DNA of 64,000 nucleotides from Eledone cirrhosa. Taxonomy: Eukaryota. The stretch spans positions 31,248,001-31,312,000 of the forward strand of contig OZ024756.1 in the NCBI GenBank assembly GCA_964016885.1. The letters are read 5' to 3'. Shown here piece after piece: positions 42,961 to 56,912 of the stretch. The translations under genes were made by a program, and so were the position numbers. Positions within the stretch are counted from its first letter, which is position 1. Each line of letters starts with the position of its first letter. The notes beneath the pieces were generated by a model. It worked only from the letters and a program-made list of their open reading frames with translations, did not search any database and was not told the DNA's origin.

Positions 42961-43350
42961 TGTGTCGTCTGCTCAAATGATTGAAATCAGCAGATAAATA
43001 TCCAGGTCGACACGACGGTTTGAACTCGGTAGATTTATAAAAGACAGTAGACTTTGAACGTCAAACAAAATATATTGTGGTATGAAGTTGTTGCGGGCTT
43101 TTTTTTTCTATCTTCCTCCGATCGAATCTTGTCTCGCTCGTAAGTCTGTTACACAACGTAATGTTTGTGCCATCTGTTCAAATGACTGAAATCAGCAGAT
43201 AGATATCCAGGTTGACACGATGGTTTGAATTCGGTAGATTTATAGAAGACAGTAGACTTTGGACGTCAAACAAAATATATTTTGGTTTAGAGTTGTTGGG
43301 GTTATTTGTTTCTACCTTCTTGCGTTCGATTCTCGTCTCCAGATAAGTCA
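42961..43350. repeat. Tandem duplication, ~205-bp unit x2
   Basis: TGAAATCAGCAGATA.ATATCCAGGT.GACACGA.GGTTTGAA.TCGGTAGATTTATA.AAGACAGTAGACTTTG occurs twice. Confidence 0.85.
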
Positions 43351-43479
43351 ATTATTGTGGGTCTAATGGAATTTTCCATTCTTCAAAGAAATCCAGGCAC
43401 TGCTTTACTTACTCAGTGAAAACCGTTATTGGTTTTTGCATGCATATCTGAGTTAGTGTGTATATATTACCACGTACCC

Positions 43480-43523
<44 letters not shown>

Positions 43524-43561
43524 ATGTATGTATGTATGTATGTATGTATGTATATATACAT

Positions 43562-43963
43562 ATGACCCCTTAGCCTTTGTCAAGGCAGAATTCTAGGAGA
43601 AGGAAAACTCTGATATAACACCTGCAACCCTGATGGTATCCAATGATGTTGACTTGTTCTTCTTTTTGGTAAATATCATCTTGGTTAAGAGAGTGGGACT
43701 GGCTTTGTGCAGTGCCTTTGCTCACTATAAAAGCTTCACGGCACAGGCATTGCTTTATATCTGGAGATCTCTCTGCACTTGTCGTCACATGGTACCATGG
43801 GCCCAGCACTATGTGTCAATAATTGTCACAAGTGTAGTGTTTGTACCAGAGTGTTCAAGTCGCTGGCTGGACTAAAAAGTCACACTCGTTCAGCGCATCG
43901 GTAGGTGTTCTCCTACATGGATATAAAGTAGTGGCCGTACTCGAAAACGAGTTGGCAGCCACC

Positions 43964-43966
<3 letters not shown>
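43562..43966 (+). mobile_element. Family R copy, 5'-truncated
   Basis: Highly similar to 48051-48455. Confidence 0.9.
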
Positions 43967-43998
<32 letters not shown>

Positions 43999-44000
43999 CA

Positions 44001-44038
<38 letters not shown>

Positions 44039-44040
<2 letters not shown>

Positions 44041-44144
44041 CGAAGGAAATGTGGTAAGGAACCAGGTGGACCATAACGCACCAAAGTACTCAATACTTGA
44101 GGTAGTAGAGTGGGTAATAGGAACCAGTAAGACCCCCTTACTGG

Positions 44145-44148
<4 letters not shown>
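44039..44148 (-). mobile_element. Family A tail copy with short terminal palindrome
   Basis: ...GAACCAGTAAGACCCCCTTACTGGTTC then (TA)n. Confidence 0.88.
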
Positions 44149-44206
<58 letters not shown>

Positions 44207-44627
44207 CGGTTGTGCTGATGATTAAAGCTTGCGTGATAACAAATGTTATACTATTACTTGCATCGAAGTTACTTCAATAATGTATCGATAGCCTCCCTTG
44301 AATGTTCCAAAGTTCTGAGAAAATTTGAGTCACGATTTAATTTCAGTGAAAAGAAGAAAAAAAAAATCTACTTTTATTTAACAACAGTTTTCGAATAATA
44401 TTTCATTTTCACGGTTGTTTTATAAGTTTTACGCAATCTATTTTCTGACATAAACACATACAAAAATAACACGACATGGCGTCTAATGGATTTCTTGTTT
44501 CACATTTGACCTGATCATAGAGCGATGTCGCAGTTACAGCTCTTTTATCCGGCGCACGTATGTATATATATATATATATATATACATGTGTGTGTGTGTG
44601 TGTTTATGTATGTATGTGTGCATATAT

Positions 44628-44668
<41 letters not shown>

Positions 44669-44906
44669 AATGTATGCATGTGTGTATATATGCATATATG
44701 TATGTATGTATGTACGTACGGGCGGGTGAATGCATTTATATAAGTATGCATGTAAGTATGCATGTGTATTTATATGTATGCGTTTGCGTATGCATGTATT
44801 TATTCATATGTACATAGATATGAGTAGTATACATAAATATCTAAATACACACACAGACGAATGAAAGCACACACACACACACAGACATATATGGATATAT
44901 ATATGG

Positions 44907-45055
<149 letters not shown>

Positions 45056-45224
45056 GAGAGGAGCGAGAGATTAGAATATTAGGTACCATAGTATATAAAA
45101 CATTGAAAACATTAACTGATTGAAACGCAAAACTGGTTGTTAAAGTGTAAATATTATATTCTAAATAGAAAAGTGGCAACATGGTTGCTTCACCTCACTG
45201 CAAGTTTAAGTGACTAAGCATAAA

Positions 45225-45560
45225 CTTGGCAGTATTGGTAGAGGTTCAGAAGCCATGCTTTACAGCATAGATTTAGGGCCCTTTATGTTCTGAGTTCAAA
45301 TCCTGTCTAGGTTAACTTTGCCGTTCAACCTTACGGGGTCGATAAAATAAAGTACCAGTAATAAACTGGGGTAATTGCTGGCCTGGTGCCAAACGTAGAA
45401 ACAATTATTAAGACTGATACTTTATTTATCGACCTCGAAAAGATGTAAGGCAAAGTTAAACTCGACGAGATTTGATCTCTGATAGCGCTGGTAGCTGGAA
45501 GAAATACCGCAAAGTATATCTACCCGTCACGCAAACCGACTCTGACAATACGCCGCCCTG
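45225..45560. mobile_element. S1 SINE (+, 45225-45410) and older S1-like SINE (-, 45412-45560)
   Basis: Match to S1 consensus; tail-to-tail. Confidence 0.8.
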
Positions 45561-46100
45561 TGTAGTTTAGCCAATATCAACCAATAATGATGTCACCCAT
45601 ATGAAATGTATTTCGGTGAGAGTGTAGACGGGTGGAGGTGTTTTCTACATTATCTTCGTAGTAAATTAAGAGAGAGATGAAGAGAAGAAGGGGAAGGTGA
45701 AGGAAAGGCATAAGAAAGAGTGAAGGGGAGAAACAAAACAGAGAGAGAAAAAATGAGAGAAAGAAAGAATAAAAGAGGAAGATGGTGGAAAGGCTGTAGC
45801 AAGAGAAGAGGAGATTGTGGGAGAGAGAGAAAGAAGAGATTAATGAGAGATAGGAAGATAGTGAAAGTGAAAGAGAGAAGATATGAGTATACCATAAAGA
45901 TATACTGAAATAGAGCGAGAAAGAGAGGGAGATGGATAGATAGTGATGGTGAAATATAATGAAAGAGAGAAGATATGAGTATACCATGAAGATATACTAA
46001 AAGAGAGAGAATGAGAGAGGGAGATAGTGAGACAGAGAAATATAGTGAGAGACGCAGTGAGAGAGGGTGATAGAAAGAGATTGACAGACAGATAGAGAGA

Positions 46101-46176
<76 letters not shown>

Positions 46177-46249
46177 CAGAGAGAGAGAGTGAGAGAGTGA
46201 AAGAAAGTGAGACAGAGAGAGATTGTGAGGGCCGCAAAGAAAATGAGAG

Positions 46250-46550
46250 ACAGAGAGAGTGAAGGAGAGATGCAGAGAGACAGAGAAACAGAGAGGGTGA
46301 GAGAGAGATGCAGAGAGACAGAGAAACAGAGAGGGTGAAGGAGAGATGCAGAGAGACAGAGAGTCAGAGATGGTGAGGGAGAGATGCAGAGAGACAGAAA
46401 GACAGAGAGGGTGAGGGAGAGATGCAGAGAGACAGAGAGACAGTGAGGGTAAGGGAGAGATGCAGAGAGACAGAGAAACTGAGAGGGTGAGGGAGTGACG
46501 CAGAGAGACAGAGAACGTGAGGGAGAGATGTAGAGAGACAGAGAGAGAGA
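46250..46550. repeat. ~40-bp GA-rich minisatellite
   Basis: GAGAGATGCAGAGAGACAGAGAAACAGAGAGGGTGAG repeated about 7 times. Confidence 0.85.
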
Positions 46551-47196
46551 CAGAGATAGAGACATAAAGATACACGAAGAAAAGAAATAGAGAAAATGAG
46601 ACGGAAGACAAAGAGAAAGAGAGAAAGATAGAGAAAGATATAGAGATAGAGAACGAGGGAGAGAGAGAGAGGAAGAGAGAGAGAAAGAGAGAGAGAGCTA
46701 GAGAAAGAGAGAGATAGAAAGAGAGAGAGAGAGAGAGAGCGAGAGAGCGAGAGAAAGACAAAGAGAAAGAGATAGTGAAAGAGAGAAAGAGATAAAGAGA
46801 AAACAATACTGATAAGAGAGAAGAAGACAGAAAGAGACACAAATAAAAATACGTTCCTCAGAGAGAGAGTGAAAGGAGAGAAGGGGGAGAAAGAAGTGAA
46901 ACGGGAAAGGTTTAGAGAGAGAGAGGGGGGGAAGAGAGAAAGATGGATGAAAGGAAGAATGAAGAGAGCAAAGAAGGGAGGGGAAGAGGAGGAGGAGAGG
47001 AAGATGAGGAGGAGAAGGAGGAGGAGAGATATCGATGATGCTACAGTGGTGTATCAGTCGACTTTGTGACATTATTGATTGGTGGAGGGAAGAAGGAGGG
47101 AAGAATTTATCACATGATGTGATGTGTGCTATGTAGTAGTAGTAATAGTAGTAGTAGTAGTGGTGGTGGCGGTGGTGGTAGTAGTAGTAGTAGTAA

Positions 47197-47272
<76 letters not shown>

Positions 47273-47318
47273 ACTAGTACTAGTAGTAGTAGTAGTAGTA
47301 GTAGTATTGGTGGTGGTG

Positions 47319-47374
<56 letters not shown>

Positions 47375-47457
47375 TAGTTACTATGCCAATTTACTAGTGA
47401 CATCAACATACATCATGATAATGCTTACGTCTCTCAAAAACTGTAGCTCTTTCTCTA

Positions 47458-47764
<307 letters not shown>

Positions 47765-47845
47765 CTGTGTATGTATGTATGTATGTATGTATGTATGTAT
47801 GTATGTATGTATGTATGTATGTATGTATGTATGTATGTATGTATG

Positions 47846-48455
47846 TCAGGTCACCAGTTGGTGCTCCTGGCAACATGTATCCCAGTACAACCTGTCTCAT
47901 GGTCGGGTCTTTGGCGACTAAACTGGCAACCCCACCAAGGTTTCTTGGTGAGGAGGGTGACTTTGGACATCCTGCAGGACTAAAAACAAAACCTGTCAAA
48001 GGGCAAAGGAGCTCTTAAGAGTCAATGGCCATCCAAAATCACCGGGAGAGATGACCCCTTAGCCTTTGTCAAGGCAGAATTCTAGGAGAAGGAAAACTCT
48101 GATATAACACCTGCAACCCTGATGGTATCCAATGATGTTGACTTGTTCTTCTTTTTGGTAAATATCATCTTGGTTAAGAGAGTGGGACTGGCTTTGTGCA
48201 GTGCCTTTGCTCACTATAAAAGCTTCACGGCACAGGCATTGCTTTATATCTGGAGATCTCACTGCACTTGTCGTCACATGGCACCATGGGCCCAGTACTA
48301 TGTGCCAATAATTGTCACAAGTGTAGTGTTTATACCAGAGTTTTCAAGTCGCTGGCTGGACTAAAAAGTCACACTCGTTCAGCGCATGGGTAGGGGTTCT
48401 CCTACATGGATATAAAGTAGTGACCGTACTCGAAAACGAGTTGGCAGCCACCATG
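47846..48455 (+). mobile_element. Longest copy of RTE-derived non-autonomous family R (~610 bp)
   Basis: RTE 5'-UTR-like motif CTAGGAGAAGGAAAACTCTGA fused to zinc-finger-remnant 3' end; (TATG)n on both sides; no ORF. Confidence 0.85.
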
Positions 48456-48536
48456 TATGTATGTATGTATCTATGTATGTATATATAAATATGTGTATAT
48501 ACATATATGTATATACATTTATATGTACGTATATAA

Positions 48537-48880
48537 AGACCCGTTTCGGTCGGTCATGAGTGATCTTAGGTTTCGCGCCCAGAAAGTTCCCCACCAAGAC
48601 ACAAGTGTGGACCAAGTGTTATTTGTTGAAAGCCAGTAGTCACCCATGCATATAAAGCCAGTAGTCACCCATGTATATCAGTCTCCTCTCTCCATTCCAC
48701 CAGTGTTATCTAATGGAAAAACAAAGGCCGATGCAGTTCGGCTTCACTGACGTTACAACTCGTTTCTACAGATGACTGAAGAACTGGAGCAAAGTGAAAA
48801 AGTTTCTTGCTGAAGGACACAATGCATCACCCAGTCCGAGAAACGAACTTACAACCTCCCGATTGTGAATCTGACGCTCT
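48537..48880 (-). mobile_element. CORE-type tRNA SINE, near full length
   Basis: Minus strand head GTAAGTTCGTTTCTCGGACTGGG then TGTGTCCTTCAGCAAGAAACTT core. Confidence 0.7.
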
Positions 48881-49264
48881 CTGTCTCCATCTTTATCTCC
48901 ATCTGCCCGTCTCTCACTCTTTTTCCCTCTCTCTCTCTTTATATATATATATCACATAAGAAACGGAGAATCAGTGTTGCGACGAATAACATTTATTAGA
49001 CATATTACAATCGTTTCTCTGGCGACAAGCTCGAGGCACGATCGATGTAATGATCGAACCTGACTCTGAAATCGCGATACTTTTCTTAGTATGGCTTCCA
49101 TACATGACTGCCCTTAATAATACCAAATACTTTGTAGAGTATACTAATTGCATTTGTGTCTATTGATTAGTCACTGTGAGAAATTGTATCTTTTATCCCC
49201 CAAATAATAAACACACTCTACTTATGTATCGAGTAGGTATTGTGTGTATTCTCTCTCTCTTTCG

Positions 49265-49639
<375 letters not shown>

Positions 49640-49804
49640 GGAAGTGAGTTTTATTGTAGTACAATAAAGCAATGCAGATATCGGATAAGAAGCACTCTAC
49701 AGTTTGTAGGACTGGAGTATACATAATATAAGATCAAAAGAAGATATGTTGATTTAAAACTGCACTATCCACAAGTGTTTTTTAGCCTTCATATCATGTT
49801 CTCC

Positions 49805-49876
49805 TGTTTTATCTGATGAAAACACAAATATTATTGCATGATGATGTTTGTTTTTTGAAATGCGCATAATAAAATA
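49805..49876 (+). ncRNA. Hammerhead ribozyme motif with extended helix II
   Basis: TTTTAT CTGATGA [aaacacaaatattattgcatgatgatgtttgtttttt] GAA ATGCGCAT A ATAAAA. Confidence 0.7.
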
Positions 49877-49915
49877 CATGGAACTCCTTTAACCATCTTT
49901 TGATCTTATATTATA

Positions 49916-49958
<43 letters not shown>

Positions 49959-49994
49959 TGTGTTTGCGTGTGCGTATATATATATGTATGTATG

Positions 49995-50025
<31 letters not shown>

Positions 50026-50275
50026 AATGAAGCCGCATAAGCCGATTGTGCATGATATATGCAGACAGATGGTGCAGTGCACCTTACTGCTGCATTAGTG
50101 CGGCAGAAACTCGAGTCCGTGAACCTTATAGGCACCCGTTTTACGTGTGTTGTGTTGAGGCAAATAACTATGTGTATACTCTGGTAATGTATCTTACATT
50201 GCCCATGGAGTGCGCTGAGATACAACCGGTACTGGCATTGATAAATATGCTGCGTCTGTCAACCCTTATTATTAT
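50026..50275 (+). mobile_element. Family B PLE-like 3' fragment with 5'-clipped hammerhead
   Basis: ATGA a GCCGCA...TGCGGC a GAA ACTCGAGT C; body homologous to 19203-19370. Confidence 0.7.
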
Positions 50276-50280
50276 TATAT

Positions 50281-50373
50281 AAGGTTAACTTTGCCTTTCA
50301 CCCTTACGGGGTCGATAAAATAAGTACCAGTAATGTACTGGATAATTGCTGGCCTTGTGCCAAAAGTAGAAAC

Positions 50374-50380
<7 letters not shown>
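50281..50380 (+). mobile_element. 5'-truncated S1 SINE
   Basis: 3' half of consensus. Confidence 0.85.
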
Positions 50381-50428
<48 letters not shown>

Positions 50429-50461
50429 ATAAATATATATATACATATGTATATACATACT

Positions 50462-50492
<31 letters not shown>

Positions 50493-50864
50493 CATTTTTA
50501 TATATTCTCCAATCTATGTAGAGAAAAAATTCGTTGTTGCTTACTGCTATTTTTTTAGCAGCCAAGCCATTAACAAGTCTATAATATTCCCGCTTGCTCT
50601 AGTGGCCAGGTCACGTACGGGTCACTTTAACGGCTATAGCCCATACGTGCTGGTAGTTAGCATTATATTTACTGACCGTGGGACAAATGTCCTATAGAAT
50701 GGAAATAGCTATCTGAAGAAATCTACTTTCCGTTGGAAATTCTCCAAATTTCCAATCTTTTGTAGATGGAAACCGCCGGTAATAGCATTATGAACAGGTA
50801 GATATTTAAATTATTTTTTAATTTATTTAAAGGATTGTTTAATGTTTGTTTGTTCTGCTCATCA

Positions 50865-50908
<44 letters not shown>

Positions 50909-51313
50909 CTTTCACTACAATCTCGTATTTAGTATTTTTCTCCACCTATTAAACTTTTCTATAGTTTAGCAATACCAATGAGAGATTTGGTGATTGGGGG
51001 GATGGAGTAGTTACCGGAAATTGTTTTTTATATATATTTTTTTTAATATATTTATTTCCTCATTTACTTATTCCTTCAGTCCCCCCCCCCCTTCTCCAGT
51101 ACACTTTTTTCGACCTTCTATACATCATTCTTAGAATCTACTGTATAGATTTCACTTTCAACGCTTGACTGGGTTTCCCCCACTCCCTCTTTGTTCTACA
51201 GGCAAGTTCAGCTACCCTTACCTTCCACTAAATGCCATGATAGAATCATCTATCTTTACAACAAATTTTTGACCAATCCTTTTGACAATTACTATCTTCC
51301 CATATATGAAATT

Positions 51314-51408
51314 ACCCCCTGAGAAGTTCGGCTATTTATTTACCAGGCTAAACATTTTTATATAGTCCCGAATTAGCCCCGAAATGGCCTGAGCTCTGCC
51401 GTCGGGGT
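51314..51408 (+). ncRNA. Near-complete parental hammerhead of family A
   Basis: ACCCC CTGAGAA gttc GGCTA...TAGCC cc GAA ATGGC-ctgagctct-GCCGT C GGGGT: helix I ACCCC/GGGGT; core differs from CTGANGA at one position. Confidence 0.7.
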
Positions 51409-52384
51409 CATACTCGTTCCTATATATATATATATATATATATACATGCATATACACATGTAGATAGAGAGATATGAAATGGTGTTCTACGTGTGACATA
51501 AGCTTTCGTGATGATTAAATAATTCCAATACTTTCATCAAAGTACTTCGATTATTTATCGATGTCGTCGTCTGAAATTTTCAATAACTTCTTAGAGAATT
51601 TAAGTCACGATTTAATTAGATAAAAAGGAAGAAGCTTTAAGTTTACTTCGCATCACTTTTCGAACAATGATTCCTTTTCAATGTCAGACTAAAAGCTTTA
51701 AGGCATTTACTTTCTTCCTTTTAAAATCCAGGTTTGAAAAAAATGCCACTGTTTTAACTTTGCCTTTCATTTCAATTCTAGGTAGGATCGATAAAATAAA
51801 CCCAGATTACTGTTATTGATTTTGTAGTTGTTATTGTTTTGCTCGTTTCAATTGTTGATGTTGTTTTTGTTGTTGTTTTGCATCAAACCAGATCTAATCA
51901 ACCAGACAGATCGATGATCAAAGGCAATTTAACCATGCTCATCCGGGTTTTTTCCTTAGAAATAACTAATCAAGCTACAGATTTACAATGTGTGCTTCCT
52001 ATCTAAGTTGGTAGGATTTGGATTGAATAAATTTGCCCTTTTATTTCTAGCATGTAAAATGACTCTGTTCATACAATTAGGTGTCAGAAATATGAGCTAT
52101 CATGAATATCTTCTCTGCTATATTTTCCCTGCAGCCAATATCTTGCAACTGTTCAAGGAAGCCAACAACACTGCTACTCATATCGCATTGGGAGTAGGGA
52201 AAAGCTGGGAAGGCCATGGATACGACACCTTACTAAGAGAAATTACATTACCAAAATATCAAATCTGATTAAGTAAAGTAAACTACTAAGCTCAAAGTGG
52301 TTCCAACCTTGACAGTCGCATAAAGGCGTATTAGAACCCATATATTATATGTCTACGTATAATGATTTATTTATTCTTTACTTC

Positions 52385-53462
52385 TAACATAGTCCCAATT
52401 TATTGAGCGGAAGAAAAAAGTCGATAAAATCGACTCCAATAGTTGACTGGTATTTTACTTTATCGACCCGGGTAGGATGAAAGGTAAAATTGACGCCGAC
52501 TGGATTTGAACGTAGAAGGTTATATCTAAATAGTGCAAATAATTTTATCAGACGCTCGACAGATACCATCGTATACGTATGTCTACTGTAGTCTCGCTGT
52601 GACTATTTAAACAGTGATTATGTCACATATCATTGTTTCTACTTTTGGCACAAGGCCAGCAATTATCCTAGTACATTACTGGTACTTTATTTTATCAACC
52701 CCGTAAGGATGAAAGGCAAAGTTAACCTCGACGGGATTTGAACTCAGACGGTAAAGGGACGTAACTATGCTAGAAGGCATGGCGTCCGACCCTCTACCGA
52801 TACTGCCACAAATAGAATGCTGTGCGATATTCATTCCGTCTCTCTGCTCTCTGAGTTCAAATGCCACAGTCGTCAACTTTACCCTTCATCCATTGAGGTC
52901 GATAAAATGTAACAATCTAGTATTGGGGACTTTTATTAAAATATCTATTTAAAAATAGTGTGACAACTTCTTTCCGTCCGAGACCTTTAATACCCAATTT
53001 TTTAGAGTATTTTTCATAGTAAAAGAATACGTTGGACCTTCTAAATTTTCAATAAATATATAACCACTCAACAGATCTAAAAATATTCCATTGGTGGTTT
53101 GGCAGTATCGATAGAGGTTCGAACGCCATGCTTTTCAGCATAGAGTTACAGCCCTTTACAATCTGAGTTCAAAACCCGCCGAGGTTAACTTTGCCTTTCA
53201 ACTTTACGGAGTCAATAAAATAAAGCACCAGTAACGTACTGGGGTCGATTTAATCGACTTTCCCTCTCCCCAAATTACTGGCCTTGTGCCTATACTAGAA
53301 ATCATTATTAAAATATCATCGGAGGGATTTGGACTTTACGGACTGAGTTCAAATCCCGCCGAGGTTAACTGTGTCTTTCATACTTACGGGGTCGATGAAA
53401 TAAAGTACCAGTAATGTACTAGGGTAAGTGTTGGCCTTGTGTCAAAAGTAGAAATAATTATT
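52385..53462. mobile_element. S1 SINE cluster (52385-52570 -, 52632-52810 -, 52845-52930 +, 53092-53310 +, 53335-53462 +)
   Basis: Match to S1 consensus at varying divergence. Confidence 0.82.
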
Positions 53463-53983
53463 AAATTAGCAGTCCACTGTTAGTAATCAATTATAAGCTC
53501 TCGAGTTTATCAAAACGCAAATTCTCCCAGTGTGTATGATTGTTCATATATCTGGTAATAGACCCAGGTATATACAGCATACAAATAAAGATACATTGAC
53601 GACACGGGTTCACTAGTTACTAAATAAATATCTTTGAACAGATTTAATTAAGAAGCTGTAATAAATTTTGGAAGTATCTGGTAATCTTTCAGTGTTTAGA
53701 ACATTCCAGAGACACAGAAAAATAAAATTCAAATATACTGAAGACTTAATACATAATTTACTAAGAAAGAAAGAAATATATTTCAACTAAAATAAGAATC
53801 GATATGATTTAAAAGCGCCTGGTACATTTACATATATACATACAAGTATATTCGCTTTTATATATATGTATATATATATATATATACGCATTTACATATA
53901 TATATATGTATTAACACAAGTTCATATATATATATGTATATATATATATACATATATGTATATATAATATATATATATATATA

Positions 53984-54023
<40 letters not shown>

Positions 54024-54107
54024 GGTGTGTGTGTGTGTGTGTGTGTGTATTTATATATATATATATATATACATGTGAATATATGTATGCATAGATGTAT
54101 ATACGCA

Positions 54108-54198
<91 letters not shown>

Positions 54199-54229
54199 CA
54201 CATATACATATACACATATACATATGCAT

Positions 54230-54262
<33 letters not shown>

Positions 54263-54699
54263 CATGTGAATATATGTATGCATATACGTGACTACGACTA
54301 CACATAAACAATCACGCACACACATACATACATACATACATACATACATACATACACACACACATACATACATACATACATACATACATACATACATACA
54401 TACATACATACATACATACACACACACATACATACATACATACATACATACATACATACATACATACATACATACATACATACATACATACATACATACA
54501 TACATACATACATAGACGTCTCTCAAAGATATCTATTTCAGTGATTATTTTAATTGAATCCACATTTGAATTAATTCAATTACATTTAAATATTTTTAGC
54601 TGTGTGGTCAGGCACACAGTCAAACCTGTCTGAATGCCATCATATATATTTGTTTGGTGACCATAATACATACCAAGTTAATTATTTTGAATTAAACCG

Positions 54700-54905
54700 T
54701 AAGGCCAGCAATTTGAGCGGAAAAGAAAATCGTATTATATCGAATCGCGCTGTCTGACAGGTATTGTATTTCATTGACTTCGGAATGAGAAAAGGTAAAT
54801 TTGATCTCAATAAGATTTAGACTCAGACCACAAATAGCAAGAATTAATTAATACCACAAAGCATTTTATCTGACACCCTAGCGACTCTGTCAGCTCAACG
54901 CCTTC
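54700..54905 (-). mobile_element. Old S1-like SINE
   Basis: AAGGCCAGCAATTTG...GAAAAGGTAAATTTGA...AGACTCAGA...CTCTGTCAGCTCAACGCC. Confidence 0.6.
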
Positions 54906-55040
54906 CAAATATGCATACATGCATCATCCTGGGGGAGTCATAAGGACGCCATATTGACATACAGCGTGTCTATGCCATTTTTTTTTTAAACCAGAGCCTG
55001 AATACTGCAGATTTCTTCCAGAAGGATAGAACGTGAGAGA

Positions 55041-55109
<69 letters not shown>

Positions 55110-55574
55110 GGACAAGATATAGAAGAAGAACCTACTCCAGTACTTAAATGACTCATTTACATCGACCCCTAATCGAAAGGTTGACAATGCACCACGCCAA
55201 AACCATTAATTTGGTCATAGAATCATCTCGCAGAACCGGTGGCATGAATCGAAAAACTTTGGTTTGTCCAACATGCTAACATTCTTCTGGAAATTTCCAG
55301 CAGCTCATTTTTTACGTAAATGAGCAATAGCAAAATGTAAAACCCTAAAACGAGAAAGAATTACGATTCCTGACGTGAAAATTATATTACACATTGAAGA
55401 GATATTGAAAAAAAAAACTAGTGAAGAATATGTTGCCGCATTTTCAGTTTCAGCGATATAGATATTTTCTTCTTAATTCCATCAATCTCGACGCTACTGT
55501 TAATCCAATAACAAAACTTAATATTAAATAACAAGATATATATTAATAATAATTAGAAAATGTTGTAAGGAAGG

Positions 55575-55634
55575 TTTTATAGCTCTGATGAATCCTACGG
55601 TTACGTAAGGAAGAAACATTGTAAGCCAATAAAA
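55575..55634 (+). ncRNA. Minimal hammerhead ribozyme motif
   Basis: ttttataGCT CTGATGA a TCCT-acggttacgta-AGGA a GAA ACATTGT A AGCcaataaaa. Confidence 0.75.
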
Positions 55635-55712
55635 ATCTTTTGATGTTGTAGACGCTCTTGTGTTCTTTATCATATATATATATATATATATATATAGTGA
55701 GAGAGAGCGAGA

Positions 55713-55751
<39 letters not shown>

Positions 55752-55779
55752 TGTGTGTGTGTGTGAGAGAGAGAGAAAA

Positions 55780-55857
55780 AGTCAGGAGCCCGATGGCTGA
55801 GCTCCGTCCGTGCGTTATGGCGCACCTGGTTTCTTACCACACTTTTTTTGTTTGTTA
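55780..55857 (+). mobile_element. Deleted family A copy
   Basis: CCCGATGGCTGAGCTCC joined to GTGCGTTATGG..CACCTGGTTTCTTACCAC. Confidence 0.7.
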
Positions 55858-56912
55858 TATATATATATGTGTGTGTGTGTGTATAGTCTCGTGTGTGTGT
55901 ATATGAATATTATATATATGTGTGCGTATATGTATATGTGCTTGTTATACGTAAATATATTACAGATATACATATTATATAAACATTTATAATCAAACCA
56001 CAACAAATATATTAGTCGAATAAGACCGTGATCTATGCCAAGAGGGAGACAATATCTATCTTGGCGGCTCCAAACGACTGAAATACCTATCCCAAGCTAT
56101 TCCCAAGCACGGCTCATCGCTTCCGTCTTATCCAATGTATATGCCATATTATTGCCAGAGGCTTAACTAAGCAGACAATATGATCTCTATAAATCATATT
56201 TGACGAGAGAAACAGTAGCAAAGTTTTGAAGAAGCATGCCAGGCTGGCGTTACGATTGCTATTTTAGTGTGACAGCGAACAAATCCTATTAAATATTCAT
56301 GTTCACGCTAGACTGCTTTAAAAGCTGCCTGCAAGTCATATTTACTTCAAAAGATCATAAAACTCTTTTTTTTGCTTTTCCAATATTGTACGAAGAATGA
56401 AACATAAAAATATAAAAAGATAAAAAATCAACCCCCGGAATTTTAGTTTTATTTATATATATAAACTAACTACATCCGTCACACACAATCGAGTCTGTCT
56501 TGGCTAAAAGTTTTAGGTACCCATGTTGAAACGAAAACGAAGATAGAGGGAAGTACGATATATAATAGACAGATAAAACAAAAGCCTGAAATAACTATTA
56601 AATTATTGAAAAACACACAATAATTAACTCAGATATGATTATATAACTACGAAAAATATTAAAAATGGTGTGCTTATGCGCGATGTTATAAAATAGCTTA
56701 TATGATAGGGTCAAGTCCCGTAAAGACAGATGGTAACTTCTTTTTCTGTCCTTAAGTGTTCTTACCCTCTTTTATAAGTCATTCTATAGCATCTCCAGTC
56801 ATAGGTACACCTCACTTTATATTTACTTTATACCCCCAGCGCTTCGAAAAAGTGTTAGAAATCGGCAAATATACATGATGTTTGTTGGCAAAGAAAAATG
56901 TTACTGATCGCA

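Noticed and set aside
51495-51740. Minus-strand TTGATGA...GAAAGCTTA as a hammerhead
   Set aside because: No helix I or II pairing; the segment is homologous to 44222-44450 and looks like an old coding (possibly hAT) transposon remnant
51990-52268. 92-aa non-repetitive ORF
   Set aside because: No recognisable motif, non-ATG start, overlaps an old interspersed repeat
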